A DNA stretch of 47,501 nt, taken from NCBI RefSeq assembly GCF_001194135.2, contig NC_068983.1, positions 48,014,944 through 48,062,444 on the forward strand, in the 5' to 3' direction. Positions 11,857 through 23,389 of the stretch are shown here, in pieces. The notes beneath the pieces were generated by a model. It was not told where the DNA came from and ran no database searches. It saw only the letters and a list, made by a program, of their open reading frames with translations. A program made the position numbers and the translations under genes. The stretch's first letter is position 1; each line of letters starts with the position of its first letter. This DNA is from Octopus bimaculoides (Eukaryota).

Positions 11857-13278
11857 TTAATTGCAATAATCTTGGTGGCATGATTCAACGGTTAAGTCTC
11901 TTCGTTGGAATATTCCTCTTTAATCTCTAATTGGAATTCTTTGAGCTACCATCATACTACTGACCATCTCTTGTCATAGGTTTACTGTACTGTTTACATT
12001 GGAGGAATAGCGTATCTAATATCACCTGGTGATATTTCGCTTTGCACTGTTTCCACTAGGTTAGTAGCATCATCCATAAATCGCACAATAATCTCACTAC
12101 TAAGTTTCGATAATCTCTCTGCTATGCCTGAAGACATTTGGCTCCACCCAGTGCCAATTCTTTATGCAAGTGAAGTTGTACTGGAAAATGGTGCATCTCG
12201 TCATTAAGCATATTTTGATGCCCACAATTACTCAAGAATTCTTTGGTGTAATATTGCATGACTGCCAATCCAATGGATATACTCACATTAAGTTGTAACC
12301 ATTAAAAGGTATCTCATTAGTTACGCAATACAGAAAAAAATGTAATGTTTCATGTGTACACGGGGAAATGATCAACAGGTGTTAGCTAAGTCAATCTAGG
12401 TAACCTAAAGGGTTGTTTCGCTCTTATTTTGGCATGCTGAGTGGACTGCCACACCCTCTGAACATACCAGAAAGTATCATTAGTAAAATAAACACCACCC
12501 GGAAGGCAGTGCTACGTTACGGTTTCATGGAAAATGTTTGATTGCGGATTAAATAACTGATTAAGACGTTGTTACATTCTTCGGCCTTTTGACTTTGAAA
12601 TCCATAGAAGTGTTGTTATCCTTTCAAGATTTAGTAATGAAAATCTATGTATATAAATGCTGTTATGTACCGGGAGTGAATAACATTAACACTGATAGAA
12701 TTCGTCACTTGTGTTGAAATATTTCAGATTTAAGAGTAATTGATTAGAACGGAAAATCCAGCTGATTTCAGACGATATTCTCTATTACATTACAGAGTAT
12801 TCGTCTGTTATTGGAAATCTGTTTTTAGTTCCAAGAACAAAAAGAAATCAAAAGAATAAAAAAAAAAAATACAAAACAAGAGGTCTTCCTATTGTCCAAT
12901 CTTTGTGCTCAACGATCTGGAGTCACTTGGTTTATTGCAACAATGATATTTGATCAGTTTCGAGAATAACTGAGGCATAAATTTTGTAAAATAAAGTTAA
13001 TTGATCAACATTCTTTAAAAAAATTCTAGTAATAATAAACATTCCGTTTACCGGAAATACAGAGTGAGTTGTTGGGACAAATAATGCATCCAATGGTTAG
13101 CACTACTGGCGCGCTAGGCTAGAAATGTTTTTTGAAATACATTTAATATGATAACAGACATGCCCATTTATCTACATTCGATATGCATTCTTGATAGACT
13201 TTTTAGTGTTTTCCCGATAATGTGTAGCATTTCACTACTAGCGTATATAACAAATAATGATACTTTGCAAAAATATAT

Positions 13279-13717
13279 TTTCTACTCTAGGCACAAGACC
13301 CGAAACTTTTGGGGAGGGCACCAGCCGATTAGATCGACTCCAATACGCAACTGGTACTTAATTTATCGACCCAAAGAAGATGAAAGGCAAAGTCGACCTC
13401 AGCGGAATTTGAACTCAGAACGTAACGGCAGACGAAATACCGTTAAGCATTTCGACCGGGGTGATAACGTTTCTGGCAGATCGCCGCCTTGAAATAAATA
13501 TATTCTTTTCGATTCTAGGCACAAGGCCTGAAATTTTTGGGGAGGGAGTTAGTCGATTAGATCGACTCCAGTACGCAACTGGTACTTAATTTATCGACCC
13601 AAAAAGGATCAAAAGCAAAGTCGACCTTGGCGGAATTTGAATTCAGAACGTAAAGACAGACGAAATATCGTTAGGCACTTCGTCCAGTGTGCTAACGATT
13701 CTGTCAGCTCGTCGTCC
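13279..13717 (-). mobile_element. Tandem pair of a third tRNA-derived SINE family (13279-13488 and 13507-13717)
   Basis: Each unit reads on the minus strand as ggcgagctggcagaa...gagttcaaattcc...ctttcatc...gggtcgataaattaagtaccagtt, with a central domain reminiscent of conserved-domain SINEs (superfamily not assigned). Confidence 0.85.
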
Positions 13718-14479
13718 TGACCTCCAAATGAATATATTACGTATTCAATATTGAGGGTTGTGCTGACACTTGCCGACGTTTGTTGGGTTAAGTAAAGTGC
13801 AAACTGAATTTGTGTGACAATAGTTATTTCAGTTAAGTTTATTGGCTTACGTCGACAGAGTAAGATTGTTCTCAGCCTGTCTTTAAACTGTATCATTGCC
13901 ACTAGCGGTGTTTGTGTTCGGAAACATTTCACACAGTGTAACTGAAAATTTAACGAAATTATTTCACATGGCGAACGTAGAAATATAACGAAAGTTTATT
14001 TTACTTGAGAAAAAAGCAAAAATATATGAATGGAATTGTTGCAAACGTTGAATTTTGAAATTATATGGTTTCAACGGAAATTATGATTATTAAATGAAAA
14101 CAAAATAGTCGATATTGTTTTGAGATAATTTATTTCCACACTATCGTTAATCAAATTTTAAATAAAAATAGTTAAACAAGTGGTGACATTCACTTAGACG
14201 ACTATAATTTAGTCGTGCACCAATCTTTAGAATAATGAAGATATATCAATGACGATACACTTACAACAAGACTACAATAAAAAAAAAATAAACTCTATAT
14301 AATATAAACAATAATTTATGTAAAAGGAAACATAATTATTAGCGGATACTTTTGAAGAAAAATAGATAGCAACTATGAAATAAGAATACTTCAGTTACAC
14401 ATTTCAGGAACTGCCTTTGCCGGGCTGCAAACGGTAGAATGCTTGCGGACGAGTTTTCTTTTATGATCTTATTGATGCA

Positions 14480-15150
14480 TTGTTTCAGAGAGTAGCGACA
14501 TTATCTCATCGGTCTTAGAGGCCCACCACATCCTGAGAGTGCCTTGAGATAGTTATATGTACCTGATTTTGTCCACTGAATAGCAACGACATACACTAAA
14601 GTACAGTTGGAATATGACAGCAAATCTTTAATTGGGGCGAAAACGTTCATCACTTGTTCTTAATCTACTCAGAATGTCAATGTTCCAATGTTCCTTCCTC
14701 AGCATATGTTACTGTTTTCTATTGCTTTCCACTACTATTCTGAGATTTGCTACGATTTTGCACGTTTGTACTGTGTTTCAATGCAATCTATTTTGAGGCG
14801 TAGAGATGAAATCTGAATGTCCATTTCTGTCAGCATGATCAGAGATAATCGAATGTTTTACGATAAGCTGATGTCGTCTGTAAATCAGGTGTCTGTTTGT
14901 AGCTCCCAGTTGATATTGTTGCCACATTTCCGATCAATACATCTGATGACCATTTTGAAACACATAAAGAGATCTTGGTAAGGTAGCAACTTCCGATTTA
15001 ATGCCTTTCCCAACTGGAAATCTTCAGCGTAGTGACAACAGGGCTATAGTAATGTTGGTATTTTCAGAGTTTGCTTCACTGAGAAGCTAGATGCCTTGTA
15101 AAAGGAGTCCATGAAACTCCAGAAATTTCAGCATTGCATTCTCCGACAGT
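14480..15150 (-). mobile_element. Decayed RTE-clade LINE reverse transcriptase fragment
   Basis: Minus strand NWELQTDT*FTDDISL (compare W.L...EDLDFADDIAL) and LRMWWASK (compare LRIWWP.K). Confidence 0.6.
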
Positions 15151-15469
15151 CTTTTAAATTTGTTTCACACTCAATCAATTGAGAATTAACTTTAAATGGT
15201 TAATGTGTCCAATAAATTAAATAACCACATACTTTAAACCACAAAACGTCCATGATTTTCCTTTTGTTAATTCCAAATTAATATCTACGCAGTTGCAATT
15301 TAATTTTGTTTCTCTTCATTCTGTATCTGTTTTAATTTAACATATCAGCAACATTGTAGGCAATATTGTATAAAAACCAAAACAATATTTGAAAATCCTT
15401 TCAAGACTAAAAGACAACAAATCCAGCTTTCCATATTCTTTCTAATTTATGTACATGGCCAATAAATTT

Positions 15470-15648
15470 CAGGAGAGGAAAAAGTTGATAGCATCAAACT
15501 CAGTACCTGACTGGTAAAATATTGATGCCGGAGGGTTGAATGACTAATTTGATCTTGGTGGCATTTGAACCCAGAACGTAAAGAGCCGAAAGAAATATCG
15601 ATCGTAGAGTATTTTTTCTGAAGCTCTAACAATTTTGCCAGCTCGCCG
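15470..15648 (-). mobile_element. Diverged third-family SINE copy
   Basis: ggcatttgaacccagaacgtaaagagccgaaagaaata...ttgccagctcgccg. Confidence 0.65.
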
Positions 15649-16002
15649 TTTAAAATGATTTGTACAATAATATAAACTTTGTTATAGGTACAGCCTAATC
15701 ATGTTTAGATGAAGTCCAGATGATAAAAATATCTTGGAAATATTTTTCGATTTGATAAAATAGATATAAAAAATACAGCTGAAAACTCACTGAATGATAT
15801 AAAATGAAGATACGCGAGTAAAAATGCTAAGAAATAATTGAAAAAAAAAATTGGCACAAAACAAAATCAGAGGTTTTTCACTGACAGTATCAGAAGAAAA
15901 TAATATGTTTCACAAGAACAAACGTAATAACAAATTGGTAGAGCCAAAGGCAAAAGAAGCGAACAGAAGAAAAATGTTGCAAAATGCAGTGTTACTTTGT
16001 AT

Positions 16003-18093
16003 TTAAATTTCCTTGTATGCAGATGTTTCCAGGAGAATTTCAACGAGGCGTTCCCAAAACAGCATTTGACCACGTGTTTCATTGGACCATTCTAAGTACG
16101 TTTTCTGCTTAAGTAGTAGAGCCAGTCTCATAGTCTGTAATTCAGTGGGTATTTCTTCAAGAAGTATTGGTACGATGATATCCTTTTTCTCTTCAAATAA
16201 CCGTTGCTGTGCAAGACTAGTCTCAAATTGGCACCATTGACTTTGTGCAAAATCAGAAGATAATACCAGTACCACTTTACGACTCTGCTGAATACTATCT
16301 ACAATATTATCAACAATATCATTACCAACTGCAAAATCTCTGTCATGCAAACAGAGGTGTAGGTCATTTTCTTCTTCGAGTATGGGGAGTAAGTATTTGG
16401 TAACCCATCCAACATCAGAACCGCAATAACAGACAAAGGCATCATAATTATGTTCACTCGTACATTCAAGAAGTTGGTATTTCCTTCTCCTAGCAAAAAA
16501 AAGATAAACCCAGTATCGTATCGACCATCTTTTTATATACGACACTAGTCCAGTGATGATAAAAATAACAGAGAGTGTTCCAAGCACACAACCTGACACA
16601 GCTATGGGCGATTGCTTTGATATATTTGCACAATAATCCCACGAAACATAGTATTTAGCAATCTGGAGGAATCTCACTGGAGCAGGGTTGGAACATAAAT
16701 ATGATTTAGGATAATGTATCAATCGCGCTGAATTTTGTCTCATCCAGTCTCTAAACCATAGTATTCGACAGTTACATATATAAGAATTATGGGAAAGATC
16801 CCATTTAAGGTTCGTATTAGAGAAGAGAGCTTTAGAGAAAGAAGTCTTATTAACGTTAAATATTCTATTATACGATAATGAAAATACCCTTAAAATGTTC
16901 ATCACAGTGCAGTTTGTCGTTTGCCATTTTCTTATCCATGTTCTCGAAAGAATAAGCGTATGAAGCCTTTTCATATCGCATACACAATCTGGAACATTTC
17001 TCATCGTATTTCCGGTTAGCTCTAAGTATTCAAGGTTTTTTAAATCCATTAAAAGTTCATTTATGGATGCATTTCCATTGATGGATACAGCTTGAAATTT
17101 CAGTAAAGTGATATGACGGCATGCATTAAATATACCGCTCAAATTTGATTTTGGGATCTCTAATGTAATATTTCTCAATGTCAGCGAACGTAAAGTTGTA
17201 CTCTCAAAAGCATGTTTGCCCAATTGTAATGAGAGTGACTTCTGAGCAGTGAGGGAAAAGTTTATTAATTCTTTTAAAGGAGTCAATACTTTTGGCTTTA
17301 TTAAGTGCAAATTCAGAGCATAGATGCCTAATGTTTTTACCTTATCCAGTCCTTTGAATGTTCCTCTGACCAGAATATTCCAACGATATAAAGATATTTC
17401 TAAACGTACCAACATGGGAAATGAGATTCTTCCGCTAGTGTCTACAAAGTGAACCATATAGTATATGAAGTTTCCATATAAATTCAGATCTGTTAGATAT
17501 GGGTGTTTTCCCCAAGATACAACTTTAGAAATGCTATCAAATCTTAAATCAAGTATTTTTAAATTCTTTAAGGGTAGAAGCTCGCTACCATTAAATACGT
17601 TTATTTTGGATCTCATTACACAAAACCTAGCAATATTGTAATTTGTAATACCTTGTAAAAATTGGAATGACCACTTGTTTTTGTTAACTCCATCAAATTC
17701 TAACGAAGTTATATTCATACTTGAAATACTGCGAAAGATTTGTTGCAAGGCATGTTGGGTCAGTTTACACAGCTTGAAATTAAGAATTTCTAGGAGGTGC
17801 AATCTTGCAAAAACGTATTTAGATGCATTGTGAAATACACATCCTATAAATGACAATTTTGTTAAATGTATAGTAGTTAAATTCCACAAGATTTTAGAAT
17901 CAAATTGAGAAAACGTCGGATTTATGATTTTTACAAACGTTGTGTTGGCTGGGAACTTTGGTATATAGGGTAAATTTTCGCAAAAGCATTCGTTTGTATT
18001 GCATTCATAATCTCCTTCGACGGTTGATATGACAATAAATCCAAGTATAGCTTTTAAAACAATTAATCGTATCAAGGAATGACAAAGATCCAT
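16003..18093 (-). CDS. Toll-like receptor, single cysteine-cluster type, intronless, 696 aa
   Basis: Hydrophobic signal peptide; Cys-rich LRR-NT (YECNTNECFCEN); multiple LxxLxLxxN-type repeats; LRR-CT (NSYICNCRILWFRDWM...YLCSNP...WDYC); TM helix (IAVSGCVLGTLSVIFIITGLVSYI); TIR domain with box1 YDAFVCY, box2 LCLHDRDFAVG, SRKVVLVLS, WCQFE and box3 FWERL. No specific TLR number can be assigned. Confidence 0.97.
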   Translation of the reverse strand: MDLCHSLIRLIVLKAILGFIVISTVEGDYECNTNECFCENLPYIPKFPANTTFVKIINPTFSQFDSKILWNLTTIHLTKLSFIGCVFHNASKYVFARLHLLEILNFKLCKLTQHALQQIFRSISSMNITSLEFDGVNKNKWSFQFLQGITNYNIARFCVMRSKINVFNGSELLPLKNLKILDLRFDSISKVVSWGKHPYLTDLNLYGNFIYYMVHFVDTSGRISFPMLVRLEISLYRWNILVRGTFKGLDKVKTLGIYALNLHLIKPKVLTPLKELINFSLTAQKSLSLQLGKHAFESTTLRSLTLRNITLEIPKSNLSGIFNACRHITLLKFQAVSINGNASINELLMDLKNLEYLELTGNTMRNVPDCVCDMKRLHTLILSRTWIRKWQTTNCTVMNILRVFSLSYNRIFNVNKTSFSKALFSNTNLKWDLSHNSYICNCRILWFRDWMRQNSARLIHYPKSYLCSNPAPVRFLQIAKYYVSWDYCANISKQSPIAVSGCVLGTLSVIFIITGLVSYIKRWSIRYWVYLFFARRRKYQLLECTSEHNYDAFVCYCGSDVGWVTKYLLPILEEENDLHLCLHDRDFAVGNDIVDNIVDSIQQSRKVVLVLSSDFAQSQWCQFETSLAQQRLFEEKKDIIVPILLEEIPTELQTMRLALLLKQKTYLEWSNETRGQMLFWERLVEILLETSAYKEI

Positions 18094-18470
18094 ATTTATC
18101 CCATAAAGAATTATCAGGATATTTCAAATTTCACAGTGTTCATTTGAATTCACCATTCTCTTTATTAGATATAGTTTTAAAATATTATTTCAAAATTTTA
18201 CGATGTCACAATAATCGGAACGTTGTTTACGAAAGCAAATGCCGCTCTTAAAATTTGCAATATGAATTATTATTTCATTAACCTTCTTATTTCTTTAAAA
18301 TTGTTTGAATCATATCGATGAGTTAATGTAAGATGTGTATTTGTTAGATCGTACAAAAAATAAAAAAATAAAAACCAACCTAAAACAAACAAAAAACCCC
18401 TAAAATGTTTCGAAATATGGTACTAGAAATTTGGAAATAATATCAATTGATTAGCCTTATAAAATTAAAC

Positions 18471-18564
18471 CTCTGTCATTGCTGCCGAATCCATGTATAT
18501 GTTTGTGAATCCAGTACACGTTTCTTTCCACCAATCAGAGTAGAAGATTCTTTTCATCCCAGAT
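18471..18564 (-). other. Possible 5-prime UTR exon of the TLR gene
   Basis: Minus-strand acceptor ttctttcttgtttcAG ends at 18565 and a weak donor GTttaa starts at 18470. A second acceptor, ttttttgtttgttttAG (18381-18380), would give a 91-nt intron. Splice signals only. Confidence 0.25.
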
Positions 18565-18959
18565 CTGAAACAAGAAAGAATGCGTCAACAGTATGACTTT
18601 TACAATTATTTTCTACATCAAGAGTTAATCTGTTTAAATACAGTGTTAAATATTTACTTGTATGAAGATTTTGGTAGTTCGCTTGAAGCATTGTGAAATA
18701 ACAGAAAATACTACGGAGAACTTCTTATGACAGGAGGAGAAAATGATTTCTTAATTATATATATATTTAAGGTGAATAGCACAAGTTAGCAGTAGTCACC
18801 GTATGAATAAATCGTTAATTCTCTTATCACATATGATTACTCGCTTATTAGATGTCCAAAATACCTGGCAGTTGGCTACAAAAATCTATATGCCTGACTT
18901 CTTTAATTCTTAGTTGATCAGGGGTTATTCTTTTCTTGAGACGTCCGATTAATTGGTCT

Positions 18960-20400
18960 TTTATATTTTCCTTTATAATTTGTATTTTAAAAAGATTTGG
19001 TAGGAATATTGAAGAGTTGTCGGCCTTTAAAGCCTAGGCTGTTGTAATATCTTGTCCTATATCGTGATAGCAAATTTGGAGTCTTTGGCACTATGCAATG
19101 GCGACCTGTTCTAACATTAGTGTAACTCTTGATGTCAAAGTTTCGGACAAGTCCATCTGGGATCTTCTACATGTATACTAGGTCATATCTTTCTCGCTTA
19201 CACTCTAAAGAATAGAGTTTAATCTCTTGAGTCTTTCCTATTAGCTTATATGCTGCATAGAGGCTATCTTCTTCGTGTAGCTTCGTTGGCCTGCCTTAAA
19301 TTCTGTAATTAATTTTACACTGGCTGGTGATCCTACTTAGGAGCAATAGTCAAAGCGGCTTAGGACAAGTGTCCTCCAGTGGACCATCATGGTTCTCTGA
19401 TCTCTTGTTCTAAAAGTTCTAAGAATCCATCCGGTCAACCGCCTGCTTTTCATTGCCAACTTAGCAACATGCACATGAAAGGATGCATCATTACTCATGT
19501 ACATGCCTAGGTCTCGCACTGACTGTGTATCTAGGATTGCAATCCTTCCAGGTCCAGTGTATTTAATTGGTATTGCATTTAGTTTTGCATGCTGATAGCA
19601 CAAGGCTTGAAACTTTTCAGCATTAAACTGCATGCTATTTCTCTCAGCTCACTTGTATGTTTCATCCAACTAACATTGCAGGTGCATAGCGTGTTCGGGG
19701 TTCTACATTATCTATGAGAGTTTTTATCATCTGCATATTTTGTTATTGTAGTTCTCTGTGTGGCTCAGGACATGTCTGAGGGGGCTATTATGAACAATAG
19801 TGGTCCTAAAACAGTGCCTTGCAGAAAAAATGCTCACTATTTTGCGTGTCATTGGAGGTTGCTCCATTGGCTACTGCCACTTGACTTCTATCCTTCAGAA
19901 AGTCATGCAGCCATTCTCCCAATTTCCCGACCATGCCAAGGTCACGCAGTTTTTAGCATATCTTTCCATGATCGACTTTATGGAAGACCATTGCAAAGTC
20001 GAGATATATCACATTCACATTTGAGCGATTGAGCAGCTGTTTCCACACCCAATCATACTATTGCAAGAGCTGAGTCAAGCGGCTTATTCCTGGCCAGAAA
20101 CCACTTTGGGTGTCAGTCAGCAAGTTATTTTCCTCAAGGAAGGTGATTAGTTTTCTTCTGACTATTCGTTCCATAACTTTGCTGATGTGCGAGCTCAGAG
20201 AGATAGGTCCGTAGTTTTAGGCCTCTGCTCTGCTACCTCCTTTATGAATAGGGCATATTTTACCCTCCTTCAGCTTGATTGGAAGTTTGCCAGTTACAAG
20301 GAAGCTCTGGAAGTCATCTGGAGGCCGTGGTTGAAGTCAATGGGGATTTTGTTGAATACATTTACTTTTAGTATTTCAAGATACTTTGGCAAATTTATCT
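18960..20400 (-). mobile_element. Decayed CR1/Jockey-group LINE reverse transcriptase fragment
   Basis: GFRPG.SRLTQLL, IYLDFAMVFHKVDHG, GPLLF, KYADD, MQFNAEKFQ, VRDLG, VLSRFDYCS motifs in order, with stops and frameshifts. Confidence 0.9.
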
Positions 20401-20807
20401 GTTAAAATGAATTATAAATGAGTAACAAAGATATGCAGGTGTCAATTCATGAATTGACACCTGTACATCTGTGTTATTCATTTATATCTTATTCACTTAC
20501 CCTGAAATCTGCACTTCGGAAATTTTGTATTTTCATATAAAGTACATGTCTAAACTACCAACAGCAGATCTCTTCAGTAAGTTGGGTCGTGTTATATGCA
20601 TGCACTGCAAGAATATCAAGTGCCAACACTTCTGCACAGAGTTTTATATTCACCCTCTATTGTTTGGGTTTGCTAATTACATTGATCTAACAAGGTGCCT
20701 CAATTTAAGTACCTAATTCAACCGAATCTTAATTAACGTTCTGCTAAAACGAGATGTAGGCGATAGTTTATTTACTGCACCCTGTATATATATATATGTG
20801 TGTGAAT

Positions 20808-20843
<36 letters not shown>

Positions 20844-20924
20844 TGAGAGAGAGAGAGAGAGAGATACATCTGACGGATATATCATTTTCTCTGATATAGG
20901 AGATGATGAATGAAACTCACTGAC

Positions 20925-21080
20925 ATTATTTACCTTATTTACGTTATTTACATTTCACGGATATTTATCCTCATCTTGTTTGTTGTTAACACAACGTTTC
21001 GGCTTATATACTCTCCAGCCTTCAACAGGTGTCTTGTGGAAATTTCGAACCTGGGTTCTCATTCCTAAAGTATTTTTCGG

Positions 21081-21111
<31 letters not shown>

Positions 21112-21113
21112 GT

Positions 21114-21145
<32 letters not shown>

Positions 21146-21225
21146 GGAATTATTATTATTATTGGAATGGAACTCGGAATCTTGGGTTTAGTAGCCCGCG
21201 CTCTTAAGCACTACGCCATATGCCT
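20925..21225 (-). mobile_element. Composite SINE-like element: tRNA-like head, (AAT)n, hammerhead-bearing Penelope-like tail
   Basis: Minus-strand head ggcatatggcgtagtgcttaagagcgcgggctactaaacccaagattccgagttc with A- and B-box-like motifs, then an AAT array, then the family A hammerhead. An inverted partial tail copy lies at about 21352-21451. Confidence 0.6.
20988..21033 (-). ncRNA. Minimal type I hammerhead, family A
   Basis: Minus strand GACAC-CTGTTGA-A-GGCT...AGCC-GAAAC-GTT-GTGTT. Helices I and II form; the core carries U at position 6. Confidence 0.6.
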
Positions 21226-22575
21226 GTGGGCAATTATGGAGTGAATTTTAGGGCTTATAAATATAATATTTTCATATCCTTCCTTAATACCTATTCCTGT
21301 ATGCTATTCATATCTGCACTCAGTCTGCTTAGAAGGTTGTTGTGTCCTAGCATTGTGTTAACAACAAACAAGATGAGGATAAAGATCCGTCAAATGTAAA
21401 TAATATAAATAAGATAAATAATGTCCATAATTACTCATCTCTTAAATAGAAATCTGTAAAACTAACTGATATTGCGAATAAAAGTCCAGTTTTTTTTTTA
21501 ATCCAGGAAATCCGGTATACGTATTTGATCCTTTATTTAATTGAAATAGGCATTTATGTATCATATTAATGTGTGCACACTGTTGATAGGCTAGTTACTG
21601 CAGTACATCTGCTCAGATAACATCTCTTATGGAGTTTTTATGTTAAAAACAATGCATCTTAGATAAATTTAGAACTACATTCTACAATGCCATTTTTTTT
21701 CAGAGTAGTAAATAGCAACGTCTTAGTGTCTTTTCACCTATTTCTTGTTTGTGCCAGAAGTACCCGTCCTATAACGTCCCACAGCGGCTCAGTATAAATG
21801 GCGTATGATACAAACATACACTTAAATACATTTAACGAAAACTAGAAAAGAAATACTTACAGTTCTCTAATTTCGCTGCCAATCTTGCTAATTTGGCTTG
21901 ATAACAGAGGCAATTGTGAAGAAAAACTAAACAGAATGCATGTACATAATCCAAGGTTAAATGACAGCAACCTCTGAATAAAAGCGGAAGGAATTTTTAT
22001 ATTCTCAATATCGCCGGCACTCGTTTTAATTTGTTTTGTTTGTGTTTTACAAGACTTTACTGATAACGTTAACATCCTCATTTTAGAAATCAGTTTACAA
22101 GTTTACAACGCCCTTAGCAACGAATAAAATCTTAACAAAAAAGACAATAAATGAAATGAATAAATTATAATAATAAAAAAAAATAATTTATAGTGAATGA
22201 AATGTTTTGTTTGCGTTCATTTAATTTTGCGTTTTCTTTCTTTGGTGTGGGAGGAAGATGTATATTGCCATCGGTACAAATCGATGATGATGATGATGAT
22301 GATGACGACAACAGCGACGATAACAAAAACAACGACTACGACGATGTTAATACTTATAATAATGGTGGTGATGATAATTATGTTGTGTGTGTGCGCGTGT
22401 CTATCTCTCTCTCTCTCTATCTATCTATCTACTTATCTATGTATCTATCTATCTATATTAAACAATGGGGTAAACAATTGGATATTAATTAATATCAATT
22501 TAATACCAGGTAACTAGCACATTAAAAGAATCAAGGAGATTCAGAAAAAATATCTGAGATCTCAAGGATTATTGT

Positions 22576-23073
22576 ATATGTTTATATAAAGATATATACG
22601 AGTATATATACAGGAGACCAGTAGGTGGACTGGTCAAGCGCTAGAAGAAGATCACATGTCATGTGTCTCCTAAGACCGAATAATTCTCAAAGGGAATTTA
22701 GCGAAGCAACAAAAACGTAAAGCGGGCAACACCAGTGAAAATTACACAAAAAAAAATACAATTATCTGCAAACATATGTTTCGAAATTAACATTTTCTTA
22801 CCGAAAAATATATTTTTCACATCAGTACAGAATGTTGGATAGATTTAATTTAGAGAGTCGCATACTAAGTTGTACTCCACAAGGAAGCACGTGTATACGG
22901 TTCTAAAAATTATAGCGTATACACGTGCTTCCTTGTGGAGTACAACTTAGTATACGATTTGAGAATTATTCGGTCTTAGGAGACACATGACATGTGATCT
23001 TCTTCTAGCGCTTGACCAGTCCACCTACTGGTCTCCTGTATATATACTCGTATATATCTTTATATAAACATAT
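22576..23073. repeat. Nested asymmetric palindrome, MITE-like
   Basis: Perfect 116-bp arms 22576-22691 and 22958-23073; inner arms 22858-22899 and 22916-22957 (42 bp, 1 mismatch) around a 16-nt loop. Confidence 0.9.
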
Positions 23074-23079
23074 CTATCT

Positions 23080-23270
23080 ATATGTAGGAGAATATACAAA
23101 AAATAACAACAGACGAGGACAGGTGGTGTAAATAACAAAAGTATATATTAGTATGACGCTCGGGAATACGGAAAGTCTTTGACGTTTCGAGCTACGCTCT
23201 TCAACAGAAAGAATACGGAGACAAGGAGAAAAACACGGAGAAAAAAAATTGAATAGTGTTCAGTCAACGG
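23080..23270 (-). mobile_element. Solo Penelope-like terminal repeat, family B
   Basis: About 100 bp (23146-23242) is the reverse complement of the last part of the window, contains the hammerhead and starts next to a TA-rich tract. Confidence 0.6.
23176..23212 (-). ncRNA. Minimal type I hammerhead-like motif, family B
   Basis: Exact reverse complement of 47435-47471, inside a roughly 100-bp block shared by the two loci. Confidence 0.65.
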
Positions 23271-23389
23271 TCAAACACACACACAAACACAGGTTGTGAA
23301 CAAGAGGTATTTGAGGACATACTTCGTAGTTAATAAACAATTCTAATCTAACACGCACATACAAAAAAAAACAGAGACGTATTCTAATA

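Noticed and set aside
12030-12200. Minus-strand frame IIVRFMDDATNLV as an RT catalytic motif
   Set aside because: Flanking RT motifs are not recognisable; a single four-residue match is insufficient.
14943-14961. CTGATGA...GAAAC hammerhead-like core
   Set aside because: No helix II pairing, no NUH site or helix I; lies within the RTE remnant.
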